A stretch of 64,000 bases of DNA. It comes from Vicugna vicugna. Lineage: Eukaryota. This document shows positions 13,560 to 26,689 of the stretch, one piece after another; within the stretch, counting starts at the first letter, position 1, and each line of letters starts with the position of its first letter. Where the stretch lies: assembly GCA_013265495.1 (NCBI GenBank), contig MU058687.1, positions 930,001-994,000 on the forward strand. Reading direction: 5' to 3'. The translations under genes and the position numbers were made by a program. Below the pieces are notes generated by a model, which made no database searches, was not told where the DNA came from, and saw only the letters and a program-made list of their open reading frames with translations.

Positions 13560-13775
13560 ACCTTTATTGAGAATTTATTATATGCCAGCACTGTTTGAAG
13601 TGCTTCACGTATTATCTCATTTAACTCTCACAACCACCATATAAAGTAGCCATGTTATTATCCATATTTTATAGATGAGGAAACAGAGGTACAGAGAGCT
13701 AACATAACTTGCTTATAGTCACTAAGTTGACACCAGGAGCCAGGTAATGTGATTCCAGAGCCTACACTCTTAACC
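13560..13775. mobile_element. MIR SINE
   Basis: Core attttatagatgaggaaacagagg. Confidence 0.75.
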
Positions 13776-14914
13776 AGGAATATTAATGCATCAAGAAGAA
13801 CCCCCACAAAGAAAAAAGAGATATTCTTGGAATATCTTTTTTAATTTTTTAAAATTTATTTTTAAAATTTAATTTAAAAATATTTTAAAATTAAAATTCT
13901 AAGCAACAACAATGAAACCACAAGGGATGTTTTTTAACTAAGGGAGTAAAAGAATCACACATTTAAAAAGAGGTAACTCTGGGGGCAATGTGAAAGAGAC
14001 TCTGAAGAGGAAGACAGACCAACGGCTGAGAGACAAGACAACAGGATATTGGTCCAAGGGAGTAACTAGGCACAGACAGTGTGATGCAGAGTGGGGAGAG
14101 ACTACAGTATGCTTTATTTCTGTAAGAAGCAAAAGGATTCGTATCTGTGAGACCAAAAAGATCAAGGATAGCAAACAGCCAAGGACAAATGAGGATTTTC
14201 TATGCTTAGGAGACTGGATGAATAATGGTGGAGAAATAAGGAGGCAGAGCAATTACATAGGGAAAGATAATGAATACAGAACTGAACACGTTAAGTTTAA
14301 AGCATCTATAGGCTATCTAGGTCATTATACCCACAAGACAAGTGGAACTCTGAAGCTACAAAGATGCCAGGATTCAGAGGGCAGTGAAAAGACATGGGGA
14401 CTGGGAAAAGATGACCATAGAAAGTAGGCAGACCAAGAATAAATACTAGCTACAGAACCCCAAGGGGATCAACTTTAAATATGCCCAAAAGAAGCTAGCA
14501 AATCAGAATAGAAGAAACTTAGAGGAGAAAAATCGTAAAAGTAGTTTATTAGAGACAAAAGGAAGTGATTATTTCTAGAAATTGGTGGTCAATAGTATTA
14601 GACCAAGTAAAGATTTAGACCAGCGGGGGAATTCAAAATCAGCCCTCAAGGTTTTTTTCCGTAGTCATTTAGTAATCTTATTTTCTGATCTAGAAACTTC
14701 TTCAAATAAAATTTGTGTCTTATTCCCATCTATTTTCATTAATATTAACCTAAACTTGACTCAACACTAATAACTAGTAAATGCTTTGCAACCCAATTCA
14801 GTGATACTGATTATTATTTCAAAATTATTTTAATGCCTATAAGAAATTCAGATCCAAACTAATCTAAATCCACTCTCTAATCCTGCATAAGTCACTGGTA
14901 AAAATAAAATCTCT

Positions 14915-16010
14915 TGTCAAATTGAGGTGTAATATATAGACATATAGTAAAAGTCACCAATTTAAAGCATACAGTGAAGAGTTATGACAACTGTAGAAGG
15001 TTATGTTGTAAAATACAATCATGATACAGAGCATGTCATCACCCCCAAAAGCCCCCTCCGGATCCTTTGCAGTCAGTCCCTCTCCTCCACCCTCCTGCAT
15101 AACTACTGATGTGCTTGCTTTTACCATAGTTTTGCCTTTTACAGAAGGCCATATAACCATCATACAAAGAATGCAGTCCTTTGTGTGAGACATGACACTT
15201 GAGCACCATACATGCTGTTACATGTATCAGTAGTTCATTCCTCTTTATTGCTGGGTAGTAGCTGTCCATTATGTTGACCTACAACAATTTGTTTCCATTC
15301 ACCAGTTGAAGGACATCTGGTTTCTATCTAGTTTGAGGGTATTACAGATGAAGCTGCTATAAACATTATAGTACAAGTGTAATGTGGACACAAGTTTTCA
15401 TTCCTCTTGGGTAAACAACTAAGAGTAGGATTGCTAGGTCATGGGTAAGTATATATTTAACTTTTAAAAAACTGCCAAACTGTTTTCCAAAGTGGCTGTA
15501 CAACCTCGTGTTTCCACCAGCAACATATGAGAGTCCAGTTGCCATACCCACCTACAATTGGTATTATCAATCTTTTAAATTTTACCCATTCTAATAGGTG
15601 TGAAGTGGTATCTCACTGTGGGTTTAATGAGAACTTCCCTAAGGACTAACAATATCGAGTATCTTTTCATGGGCCTATTGGCTGTTTGTAAAGATTCTTT
15701 GGTATCCAAGTCTTTTACATTTAAAAAAACTGAGTTGTCTGTCTTCTTACTACTGAGTTGAGTTATAAATTCTGAATACGAGACCGTTATTAGACATATG
15801 TTTGGCAAATATTTTCTGTGGCCTGCTTTTTCATTTTCTAAGCAGTGTTGTTTAAAGGGTAAGTTTCTAATTTTTCTAAATTGATGAAATCTAACTTATC
15901 AATCTTTTTCTTTCATATTTTATAGTTTGTACTTTTTTTGTGTCCCATTTCTTAAAAAAACTTTGCCTAACTCAACATCACAAAGATTTTCTTCTATTTT
16001 CAAGAAGTTT
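14915..16010 (-). mobile_element. Ancient L1M fragment
   Basis: Antisense L1 3' region (ctgccaaactgttttccaaagtggctgtac, gtggtatctcactgtg). Confidence 0.8.
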
Positions 16011-17946
16011 TACCTAAAAGTTTCACAAAAGAGAACCTCTTGTCAAAATTTTTAACAAGATTTAAAAAAAAAAAGCTTGCATTCCATTTACCTCATAATT
16101 AGTCACACAGTTTTATTATCCCTTTGTTTCTTTCAAAATCAACTTCCCACATTACCAAGCACTATTTAAGTTATAGTCTATTTCAGAATTGGAGAGATTT
16201 TTATCTTTCAACAGTTATTCCCCTTCTTCAACCTAATAAATGGCATTTCTAAATGCAGACAAAGTTTTTAGTTCCTCAGTCCTCCTCAAACAGACATAAA
16301 ACTTCTGGACCCCTGATGCTGGTTCTTAAAAGTAATTCTACCTTTCTTAATTCAATTTTGATTCCATTACATCATTTTCTTTAAAATAAGCCAGAGTTCT
16401 TCAGACTCAAAATTAAATGAATAGTACATATGAAACTATTCTATGTCCCCTGGAATATAGCATAGTTCACAGACAGTAGGAAAATGGTATACAAAGCTAA
16501 TGTGAATAAAACAGGGAGAAATGACAATTATCATTGCTCATTTTATAACTTCACAGGATGTCTGCAGCAAAATAAAATAGAAAACTGGCTCATCTATGCC
16601 CCTGTCACAGTCTTTACTCTAAATCAAGAAAATAGCAACTTCAATTTACAACTCCCTCCTATCCTGATGTTTCTTCTATTTACCAAATGGACTCTACTGT
16701 GCCTGATCCACGGAATTAGAACAGGCCCCTGTGTTCCCATACCATGGCAGCTTTTATGCTTAGGTGACCCTGGGCCACTGAATCTTGGCTATAATAGGAA
16801 AATTTTTAAACTAATTCTCTGAATCTGACAAGCCGTCTCCCTCAATAAGTCTAGGAAGTTTTTATTTCATTAACTGTGCATGAAGTGGCAGGCAAACAGC
16901 CAGATCTACAGCCCAGTGGAACTGGAATTGTCACACAGATACTTAAAAGCTCACAAAATTTCTACCTCAACTACCATCTATTACTTTCAATTCTATCCTT
17001 ATTTTTGATGGAAAATAAATTATCTATATAATCAGAAGAGCAACCTTAAATGAGTATTTTATGGTTCTTTGTTTAAGATTGAGAAGAACAACTCAACTTG
17101 CCACAGAAATGGCAACTTAAGATGGCTCAATTTAAAGGAAAAACTAAACACTTACGGTATTCAAAACAAAACTTCTGTTGACCTAATAAATGTTACCAAA
17201 CAAGGATTTATTAATTTCTTCAAATATGTATTAAGAACCTACCAGATGCCAAGCATGCTGGGTACGTTGGGCCTTTAAGATTCCAAAATTAGCAGAATAG
17301 CTCTTGACTCCTTAGAAACAAACAGTTTAGTAAAGAAGATAGACAAGTAAATAATTAGTGATGGTGATAGTTCCATATAGTAAAATCTGAGGTGAGCACA
17401 CGGTGCTAGTGGAGCTGAGGAAGGGACCCTCAATCAGGATCAGCTCTTAAGCTTCTCAGGAAACTTCACACCACCCTCCTGGGAGCAAAGCCAACTCTTC
17501 CACTGACTTAACAGTGCTTTGGGAATCAAGGGCTACAAAACACTACCTATGCAGTATTGTTTATTCTCATGGTCAATGACTTTCTCTCCCCAGCACTGGT
17601 CAGAGGGGATTATTGGACCACATACACGGCATAGAAAAAGCTCATTGAAAACCCCAACCTATTTATCAAAATTACACATGGTCTAAATGCAATGCGGTAT
17701 CCTAGTTTGGATCCTGGAACAGAGAAAGGGTATTAGTGGAAAATTTTGTGAAATCCAAATAAAGTCTATAGTTCAGTTAACGGTGTCATACCAATGTTAA
17801 TTTCTTAGATGTGACAAATGTACCACAGTTATGTAAGACGTTAACATTAGAGAGAGAGGTGGGTAAAGGCATACAGGAACTCTATTATTTCACAACTTTT
17901 CTATAAACCTAAAATTGTTCCAAAATAAAATTTGTTTAAAAAAATA

Positions 17947-18073
17947 GGGGGAAAAGGTATAGCTCAAGTAGTAGAGTGCATGCTGAGCATGCATGAGGTC
18001 CTGGGTTCAATTCCCAGTACTTTCTCTAAGAATAAATAAGTAAACCTAATTACCATCCCCCACCAAAAAAAAA
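17947..18073 (+). mobile_element. tRNA-derived SINE (Vic-1-like), long form
   Basis: A box TAGCTCAAGTAG, B box GGTTCAATTCC, 3' aataaataagtaaacctaattacc segment, A tail. Confidence 0.85.
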
Positions 18074-18418
18074 TCAAATTAAATTAAAAAATTTTAAATT
18101 ACATATAGTTCCCCACTTTACATTCTCACTGCCCCTTAGGATTCTGATCATGCCTTCCAAGTCACTGCCCCAATTCAGGTAACACCTGGTTAAAACACTT
18201 TTTCAAATCCTTTCTATAAACTATTTATGTAGACCAGCTGGGTTTTCTTCTTCACCAAAACATGAAAAATTAGATCACATTTGGGAGGTTTTAACTGTTT
18301 TCTCTTCCTAATAACTTCAACAAATACACCAGGGGGTATCCTTAAAGCCAAACTTTCCTAAGTGGACAAGAGAGGGGCTAAAATAACCTGGACTAGATCT
18401 CTGGATAAAAGCAAAGGG

Positions 18419-19692
18419 TAGCTTAACGACTTAAACATAAGACACGACACTATAAACCTCTTAGAAGAAAACACAGGCAAAACATTCTCTGACATAAATC
18501 TCAGCAATGTTCTCCTAGGGCAGTCTACCCAGACAATAGAAATAAAAGCAAAAATAAACAAATGGGATCTAATTAAAATTACAAGCTTTTGCAAAGCAAA
18601 GGAAATCATAAGCAAAACAAAAAGACAACCTACAGAATGGGAGAAAATACTTGCAAAAGATGAGACTGACAAGGGCTTAATTTCCAGAATATATAAACAG
18701 CTCATATAACTTAATAACAAAAAAACCAACAATCCAATCCAAAAATGGGCAGAAGACCTAAACAAGCAATTATCCAATGAAGACATACAAACGACCAACA
18801 GGCACATGAAAAAATGCTCAATATCACTAATTATCAGAGAAATGAAAATCAAAACTACAGTGAGGTATCACCTCACACCAGTCAGAATGGCCATCATTCA
18901 AAAGTTCACAAACAATAAATGTTAGACAGGCTGTGGAGAAAAGGGAACCCTCCTATACTGTTGGTGGGAATGTAGTTTGGTGCAGCTGTTATGGAAAACA
19001 GTATGTAGAGTTCTCAAAAGACTAAAAATAGACTTATCATATGATCCAGCAATCCCACTCCTGGGCATATATCTAGAGGGAATCTTAATTCAAAAAGATA
19101 CATGCACCCCATTGTTCATAGCAGCACTATTTACAATAGTCAAGACATGAAAACAATCCATATGTGCAATGACAGATGATTGGATAAAGAAGTTGTGGTA
19201 TATTTATACAATGGAATACTATTCAACCATAAAAGATAATAAAATAATGCCATTTGCAGCAATATAGATGGACCTGGAGATTGTCATTCTAAGTGAAGTA
19301 AGCCAGAAAGAGAAAGAAAAATACCATATGATATCACTTATATATGGAATCTAAAAAAAAAAAGACAAACGAACTTACTTATAAAACAGAGACAGACTCA
19401 CAGACATGGAAAACAAACATATGGTTACCAGTGGGGGAAGGGATAAACTGGGAGTTCTAGATTTGCAGATATTAATTAATATATATAAAATAAATAAACA
19501 ACAAGTTCATACTGTATAGCACAGGGAACCATATTCAATATCTTGTAGTAACTTATGGTGAAAAGACCATGAAAACAAATATATGTATGTTCATTTATGA
19601 CTGAAGCATTACAATTGTACACCAGAAATTGAAACGACATTGTAAACTAACTATATTTCAATAAAATATGTACATACACACAGGAAAAAAGC
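18419..19692 (+). mobile_element. 5'-truncated LINE-1 (ORF2 3' end + 3'UTR), older, antisense to AREL1
   Basis: Aligns by eye with the 50590-51830 part of the young L1; in-frame stops; 12-bp TSD aaaagcaaaggg at 18407-18418 and 19693-19704. Confidence 0.92.
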
Positions 19693-22600
19693 AAAAGCAA
19701 AGGGACATTACAGAAAAGATATGTTCTATATTATTATATTACCTTTACCTGATCTGTGACCAGAAAGAATAATGAATAGAAAATACAATGAAAGCATGAG
19801 GAAGGACTTTTCTAGAAGCCTACAACAAACTCAATCTCTCATTTCAATGACCAAAATTGAACTACATTCCCTTTCCTAAATTAATGACTGGTAAAGATGG
19901 ATGGAATTCTTAGCCAATCAGGCCCACCCCTTGGTGTAAGGATGTAGTAGGCGTCCCCTGAAGCATGGCTGCAAGGGAGAAGAGTGGGTATATGGAAGAA
20001 AATCTGTTAGGAAGAAGGAAGAAACAGATGCTGGCAGTAGCGGGGTGAGATCAACCAAAAGAATCCTCTGCACTTTATATCCACAGTATGCTAGCAATTG
20101 AGGAACTTTAAAGTGTAAAGGCAACTTTTACTATACAATTACTTTTACTGGCACTTGAGTTTTCCCTTGCTTTGTCAAAGTCCTTGGGGTAGACATGGGA
20201 GCTTAATATATGTACACAGAAAGACAGAGAACGAAGTATGGCTAGTAGGTTTCCATGAATAGTAGACTTGCTATCTGGTGGGTGGGATATGGAGGGCACC
20301 AAATTCATGTTCTCTGTATGGTTTAAGTGGAATCAAATGGTCTTGCAGACATACGAAAGCATAAGGACAGGTCATCTAGTTAAGCCAATCCCAATTTTTC
20401 AAAATAGAAATAGTAAAATGTTCTTTAAATGCTTTTTAAAGTGTTTTATTTCACTCCTTGTCTTTAAGGCTAGTCCAAAAGGAACTAGTATTTGTTAAGG
20501 GATAAAATAGAAGGCTATGCACTGGGAAGAAAATGTACAGGAACATTGTACAAGATCTTAGGGTATCTAAGTGGGAAGAGACCTCAAGACCATTAGCTGA
20601 GTAAATATAACAAAGCACTCAATCTTTTAATAAAATTTACTGTGTCGATATTTTAAAAAATACGATGAACAGATGTTGACAATCAGCATCTCAACACCAA
20701 CAGGCAAAAGGCACTGAAGTGAATGCTTCAGCTACAAGCTCTGAAAAGCAAGATACAAACTCCTCAACTATTCAAGGTAATAAAAATTCACATTAAAGTC
20801 ATATGGTACTGTTCAAGTCAGGCTAAATGACAAAATATATATCCACCATAACTGGTTTCTAATAACTAAATAAATACTCATCTCTCTCAATTAAACCACA
20901 ATTTGTAATAAGGTTTTGAGAGTCCCATCAGGGAAACAATATGGTAACACAACACCATATCAAGGCCTTAGACATGCTCTCATATACACACTGCGATAAG
21001 GTTAAACAACCTCAAAACTTTGAAAACTACTATACAAAATATTAGTGAAGGCTAAACATTTATGAGCCCTTCAAAGAAAAAGAAACCAAAGAAAGATAAC
21101 TGAAATTTACACCTAAGCTATTTACTGGCTAAAGTCATTTAAAAGGTAAAATGACACACTAGAATCCATTAAGGTCAAAAAATTTGATCTGTTATCTGTT
21201 ATGTTATAAAGTTAAATAAATATTACACAGCAGTACTCTGACCTGGACCACTTTCAGAAAGATGAACAGGTAGAGTAATTCCTCTAAAATATTTCAATTT
21301 GCATACCTCTGTTCAGCCACCTACCATAATCTATCTGTTCACAAGTCCGAACACAGGGCTGGGCTCTTGAAAAGTAACCAGTACATCGCATGGCACAGAA
21401 TGGCCCCCCAGTAAATGCCTTTGGAATGAATGAACATGTGGTGGTAATGTACTTCTGAAATATTTTTACAAACCAATTCAGTATCAAATTCCGTAGCAGC
21501 AGGGCATCCTGTAATATATACTATGCTATCACATTTAGGAGGCAGTCAGACTAATTAAAAAACAACTAACAGCAACTAATGTTTGTTAGGAAAAAACCCC
21601 ATCACATGAGACATAAAAATAAGTGTAAAAACTGCAACTTGAAAAGGAAGAAAATATCTGTGAATTAATTTTTTTTCTCTTAATGGACACAAAAGTGAAT
21701 CTACTTTCAACTTTATAACATTGAAATACAAGATGTTCTTTAAGGAATCTTTCATCACCCAAAATTTATAAAGAAATTTGTTATCAACTTACATTAGTAA
21801 GTTAGACCAATTAGTGAATGGAATGAAGTCCAAGCCCAATTATGTGTTCAAACTGTGGGTCGAATACCTTGAGCAATTCTTCCTCTTCTGCAGAAAAGTA
21901 CAAAACAACCCTCTTAACTGCTGAGAAGGACTAAAATCATTTCTTTTTCTCACAAGTATGTAATCAAAAGCAATTACTTTCTGTTCCTACCCAACACCAT
22001 ACAACACCATCTCCCATTAAAACAAGCTATAGAATATCTGAGTGCCTTAATCTTAAGTGTTAAGAATCTCAGACCACAATTAAATTACAATGCAACAAAA
22101 ATATATTTTTCTAAGTATGTTCTTATGGTGATCCTATACTAATTTAACTCCCTATCAAGTATTAACAATCAAGGAAATCAGAAAAGCCTCAGAATTGATA
22201 TTACAAACTGCTTGGTTTTTTTGATTTGTTATTGTTCATGGATTCCAAAATTCAGGGTACACATTACCAGGAGAGTGTTTTTCTGTCAATGCCTGAATTT
22301 AAATGCAAATTACTATTTAATTATATGTAATTTTGCCTCTGAACCTATATATAATACTAATCAGTCTCCAAATGTTTAAAATAAACACACCAATCATGTT
22401 TACTTGAAAAGCATATTGCCTAATCACCCAGAGTTTCTAATGCATCAGAAAAAGTAGTCGCTATCATGTCGCCATGAGAGCTTGGCAGACAAGCTGTTCC
22501 CAAAAGATTAGGAACTTCTAGTGACCATAAACAGGGTAAAGCAGGAGGCATATACAATGTCTGTAGATGCTTCCATAATAAAACTATTTCAATATCAAAA

Positions 22601-22859
22601 ATTTAGAGCTTCCAAAGTCAGATATGTACCCTACAAAGCTATTTAAGTGCATGTATGCCTAAAAGGGAAAAAAGTAGGAAGAAAACTGTCTACTCAAATC
22701 AACACAAGAAATCACCCTGCAATTGAGTTTTCCAAAAACTGATAACATAATAAGATTCTTGAGGTTATCAACACATTCAAGTTCCAAAATAGACCAGCTA
22801 TATTAAAATACAATTGGAATACTGTGACAGAAGACACAATGATAACAGAAAACACGCAA

Positions 22860-23080
22860 TAGGGTTTACTTGTGGTAAGCACTGTTCTAGCAACATCATA
22901 TTTTAAATTAGTCCTGATTACATCCCTGTAAGACAGGTACTATTATGATTTCCTCCATTTTACAGATAAAGAAAGTGAAGCACAGATAAAATCACCCAAT
23001 TACACACAGCTAGTAACAGGCAGAACAGAAATTTTTTAACTCCATCAGTCAGACTCCAAAGTTCATATTAATACACTATG
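22860..23080. mobile_element. MIR SINE
   Basis: Core ccattttacagataaagaaagtgaagcacaga. Confidence 0.65.
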
Positions 23081-23930
23081 CTTCACACTAAGGGTTATGT
23101 TACAATAGTCAGCTTTTTTTTTTTTAAACCTCATAGCCTTTTTGGATTTCAAACACTAAGGTAGCTTTGTGCAGCAAGAACAAACCCGTGAAGAAAGTCT
23201 AAGCCTCAGCTTCCCCATACGTAAAATAAGGGTATTTAAGTTATTGTGAAGGTCAAAGAAGGTAATACAAGGGTTCTTAGCTTTAAGTTCACAGACACCC
23301 AGACGGTCCACGGATGGGCTTCAGAGTCCACGAGTCTCGTAACTGCATGACAAATGTTGTATGTGTACCCATTTATTAAAGAATCGTCCCTGGACCTCCA
23401 AAAGATTAAGAACCACAAGAATGAATAGCAGGTACTCAAAAACTGAAAGCTATCTTTCCCTTTCTTGTTCTCTAAAACTCTCCCTTTTCCATTAAGGATG
23501 ACACCCCTGGCTTCACAATAAATGTTAATTATTTCCCAACATTTTCCCTGCTTGGCAACTAGTAACATATGCAAGCTTATGCCTCAATTTTCTAGACAGT
23601 GTCTAAACAAATTCCTCAAAAGCTTCTCCATCCGCCGCTTCACCGAGACGAGTACACGGTATTCACTCGGTGAGAATCAAGAGAATCGTCCACCTGGCTG
23701 CACGAAGCACCATGCCGTCTGGAAGAACCAAGTAGGAACCGGAGCCTCGGGGTAGCACAACAGAGACCTGACGCCCCAGCGCTGAAGGATAAGGAGAAGG
23801 TGTTTCCCCAAACTACTGGGCAACCCAGAATCCCGTCCCCTCTACCCTTGTTCTCCCTCTCTCTGGAACTCCAGTGCAGGCAGTTCCTCTGGGCTCTGCC
23901 CCGTGCTGGTATGGAGGAGAGGAATGTTAC

Positions 23931-24100
23931 CTGAGCAGGGGTGTGCAGCGCAGCGAAGTCCCAGCTCTGCTGCCTAGAGAGGCAAGGGCAGCACCAGCAG
24001 AAAACCTGCCCTCGACTACCCCACCGAGAGACCCCGGTACAGACCCTGGCCAGGGCTGGAAACCGGCTTGGGGCTTTTCCGTTTTCTAAAGCGGCTTCCG
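23931..24100 (-). other. AREL1: Putative AREL1 non-coding exon 1 (TSS approximate)
   Basis: Donor CAG|gtaaca at 23931/23930 in GC-rich DNA directly next to the shared promoter. Confidence 0.5.
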
Positions 24101-24194
24101 CTTCCGGGCTAGCCTTTGCCGGAAGCAGTATACGGCTGACGCAAAAGTGTCGTGCCGCTGGTAATTCCGGAAGAAACAAGAGTGCGGCGTGAAC

Positions 24195-24197
24195 ATG
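24195..24197 (+). CDS. FCF1: FCF1 exon 1 coding part (ATG only)
   Basis: aacATG|gtgaga; splices in frame to GGG AAG CAA (MGKQKK). Confidence 0.88.
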
Positions 24198-24499
24198 GTG
24201 AGAAAGCGGGGTCGGAGAAGGGACGTTGTCGCACCACATTTGGAACGGAGATTGAGGGGGTAGTAGCCCTTGGTCACATTTCCTCCGCATTCCCCTTGCG
24301 TATTTTTATTCCGGTCTCAGCTCTTAAACTACTCGGAGTGGTGCCTGTTGAGGTCCAGCGAATGGGGAGAACCCTGGTTGGGACAGAGACTAAGAGGAGC
24401 TGAGTATTCGAGGGAAGAAGGGAAGGGAGTGGACGAAAGGAAAGGAACTTAAGAAGATGCAATTTCCAACTCTTTTAACTCTAAAATTTCTGTTTCAAG

Positions 24500-24567
24500 G
24501 GGAAGCAAAAGAAAGCCCGGAAATATGCGACCATGAAGCGAATGCTTAGTCTCAGAGATCAGAGACT
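24500..24567 (+). CDS. FCF1: FCF1 exon 2 (GKQKKARKYATMKRMLSLRDQRL)
   Basis: tttcaag| ... |gtgagt; 68 nt. Confidence 0.95.
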
Positions 24568-25275
24568 GTGAGTGTCTGAAATCAACTGTGTTCATAGATT
24601 TTCCAGAGATATAGTAGTCGCAAGGGGATAAGTAGTGAGATATTTTGCTGTTATTTTGTGTTTACTTTTAATAATTATTGTGTTTTGGATTTATATAGCG
24701 AAGTATAACACTCATTTAGCTGCTGAGCAAGCACACTGGTGAATGGGATGGGAATTCATCATGTTAAGTGTTCAGTTTGTGCCACTGTTTTTATATATTA
24801 CATCTTCCATATCACATTTAAGCTTCCTAATAGTTCTGTGAGGTATGTAGGATTATCTTTATGTTCTTGCCATTACATTTCTGTATTCCCTAGGAAAAAA
24901 AAATTGTTAACATTGTTAAAGGATCGCGAGGTCAGAAACCATGATTGTCTTGTGTCTCCAGCACCTGACACTCAAGTATTTATGAAAGAAATAATGGGAA
25001 AACACCTAGATGTCTCCATTTTGTAAGTGTTATAAGATTTATGGCTGTGGAAGAAAAGTAGTAGAATAATAGTCCCTATTATAAAGAGAACCTAAACAGC
25101 TTGCCTGCTTCAGTGAAGAATGAATTGAGTTATTAAATAAGGAGTGGCCTTCATTGTGTTTAAGAGCCTCAGAACAAAGGAATCGTCATTAGAGCCTTCA
25201 GTCATTAAATTGTATTCTCAGCCTTGAGTATGTATTTATCATGTAATTTTTAAGAAATTTGCCCCACTAATAATA

Positions 25276-25405
25276 TTTTATTTCTTTTTGGGGAGGGGGA
25301 GGTAATTAGGTTTACTTATTTATTCTTGGAGGAAGTACTGGGGGTTGAACCCAGGACCTTGTGCATGCTAAGCATGCGCTCCACCACTTGAGCTACACCC
25401 ACCCC
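25276..25405 (-). mobile_element. tRNA-derived SINE (Vic-1-like), long form
   Basis: Reverse complement of the same family as the 17947 copy. Confidence 0.85.
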
Positions 25406-25886
25406 TCTTATTTCTAATTAAGGTTAAATTTTGCATATGTATTGTTACATTTTAGCCCTTTATAAGAGGCAGGTAGGGGAACCATTTCCCCTCTGTTGTT
25501 GAAGCATCTGAGTCTTCAGACGATAAATGTCAGCCTATTTAGTCACTGCTTGGAAATGAATTTTTATCCTTGATATAAGAAAGAAATAATACTATAAACA
25601 ACATTTATTTACCCATTAACAATCTTTATGGATTATTAGCGAAAGATGTTTAAGTGTAATTATGTTTACTGATTAATTATATTAATTCCAGGCTACTTCT
25701 CACACAGGCATTTGTGCTCAGAAAGTGAGTTGCTGATATTAACGTAATGAAGTCACCAAATAGAATTTCTTCTGTAAACCAAAAAAAAAAAAAAAGGAAA
25801 GAAATAAACTGTAATTTTGAATGAGGTTATAACTGCTATGATTTTTTCCCCCTTGCATTTACTTTACTTTTTTTTTTTTTTTGTAG

Positions 25887-25958
25887 TAAAGAAAAGGATA
25901 GATTAAAACCGAAAAAGAAAGAAAAGAAAGATCCCAGTGCCCTCAAGGAAAGAGAAGT
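25887..25958 (+). CDS. FCF1: FCF1 exon 3 (KEKDRLKPKKKEKKDPSALKEREV)
   Basis: poly-T tract gtag| ... |gtgagt; 72 nt. Confidence 0.95.
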
Positions 25959-26540
25959 GTGAGTAATCAAAAATTTCAAGTTTTCCTTTAAAACTAGAAG
26001 AGACATTCTAAAACCATAGACCTCTTAGAAATTCAGGCTTTCCCTGAACTGATTTGCTCAGTCATTTGTAAGTCACTATGCCGAGTGATATTGATAAACA
26101 TACACCAATTCCAGTGGTTTCAAGGTTTTTTGATTTCATGGAGCAGTAAAATTTCCTGTAAAATCCTGAGGATTAAGTCTAGGTTTTTTGTTTTTTTTTT
26201 TTGCCAAAAATCTGTCAAAAGACGTAATTGCCGTTGTTTAACACACTATCATTTCATCAAAGAGAGAATGTATCAAAAAGTAGTAAGGACATATTTTCAG
26301 AATAAAGGTTATTCTTTTTAAATAAATACATTTAACTTTATGAAACATCATCATATTTTTCTAATTTTTCTCATTTTGCCCTAGATTGGTGATGGATATA
26401 TCATCACAGGATTTATTGGGATTTATTTCCAATGAACAAGGAAAAAGGAGCAAACAGTTCCAAGCAGAGACTTCTTTTGTTTGTTTATATCAAAATGTCA
26501 GTGTAGATACTACTTTGTGTTTTATTTCTTTTTCCTTCAG

Positions 26541-26689
26541 CCCTCAACACCCTTCCTGCTTATTCTTCCAATATAACACACAGCTGGGGCCACCTTACCA
26601 CATCCTGGTTGATACCAACTTTATCAACTTTTCCATTAAAGCCAAACTGGACTTAGTGCAGTCAATGATGGACTGTCTGTATGCCAAGT
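26541..26689 (+). CDS. FCF1: FCF1 exon 4 ([49 protein letters not shown])
   Basis: ccttcag| ... |gtgagt; 149 nt; contains the PIN-domain DTNF motif. Confidence 0.97.

Larger units (their letters stand above)
23620..24370. promoter_or_regulatory. CpG-rich bidirectional promoter shared by AREL1 and FCF1
   Basis: Locally high CpG. ETS/GABP-type cores CTTCCG 24095, CTTCCGG 24101, CCGGAAG 24119 and 24167; half-CRE TGACG 24137. Confidence 0.8.

Noticed and set aside
23640..24290. 216-aa minus-strand ORF across the promoter
   Set aside because: CpG-island artefact with no homology; it spans both TSS regions.
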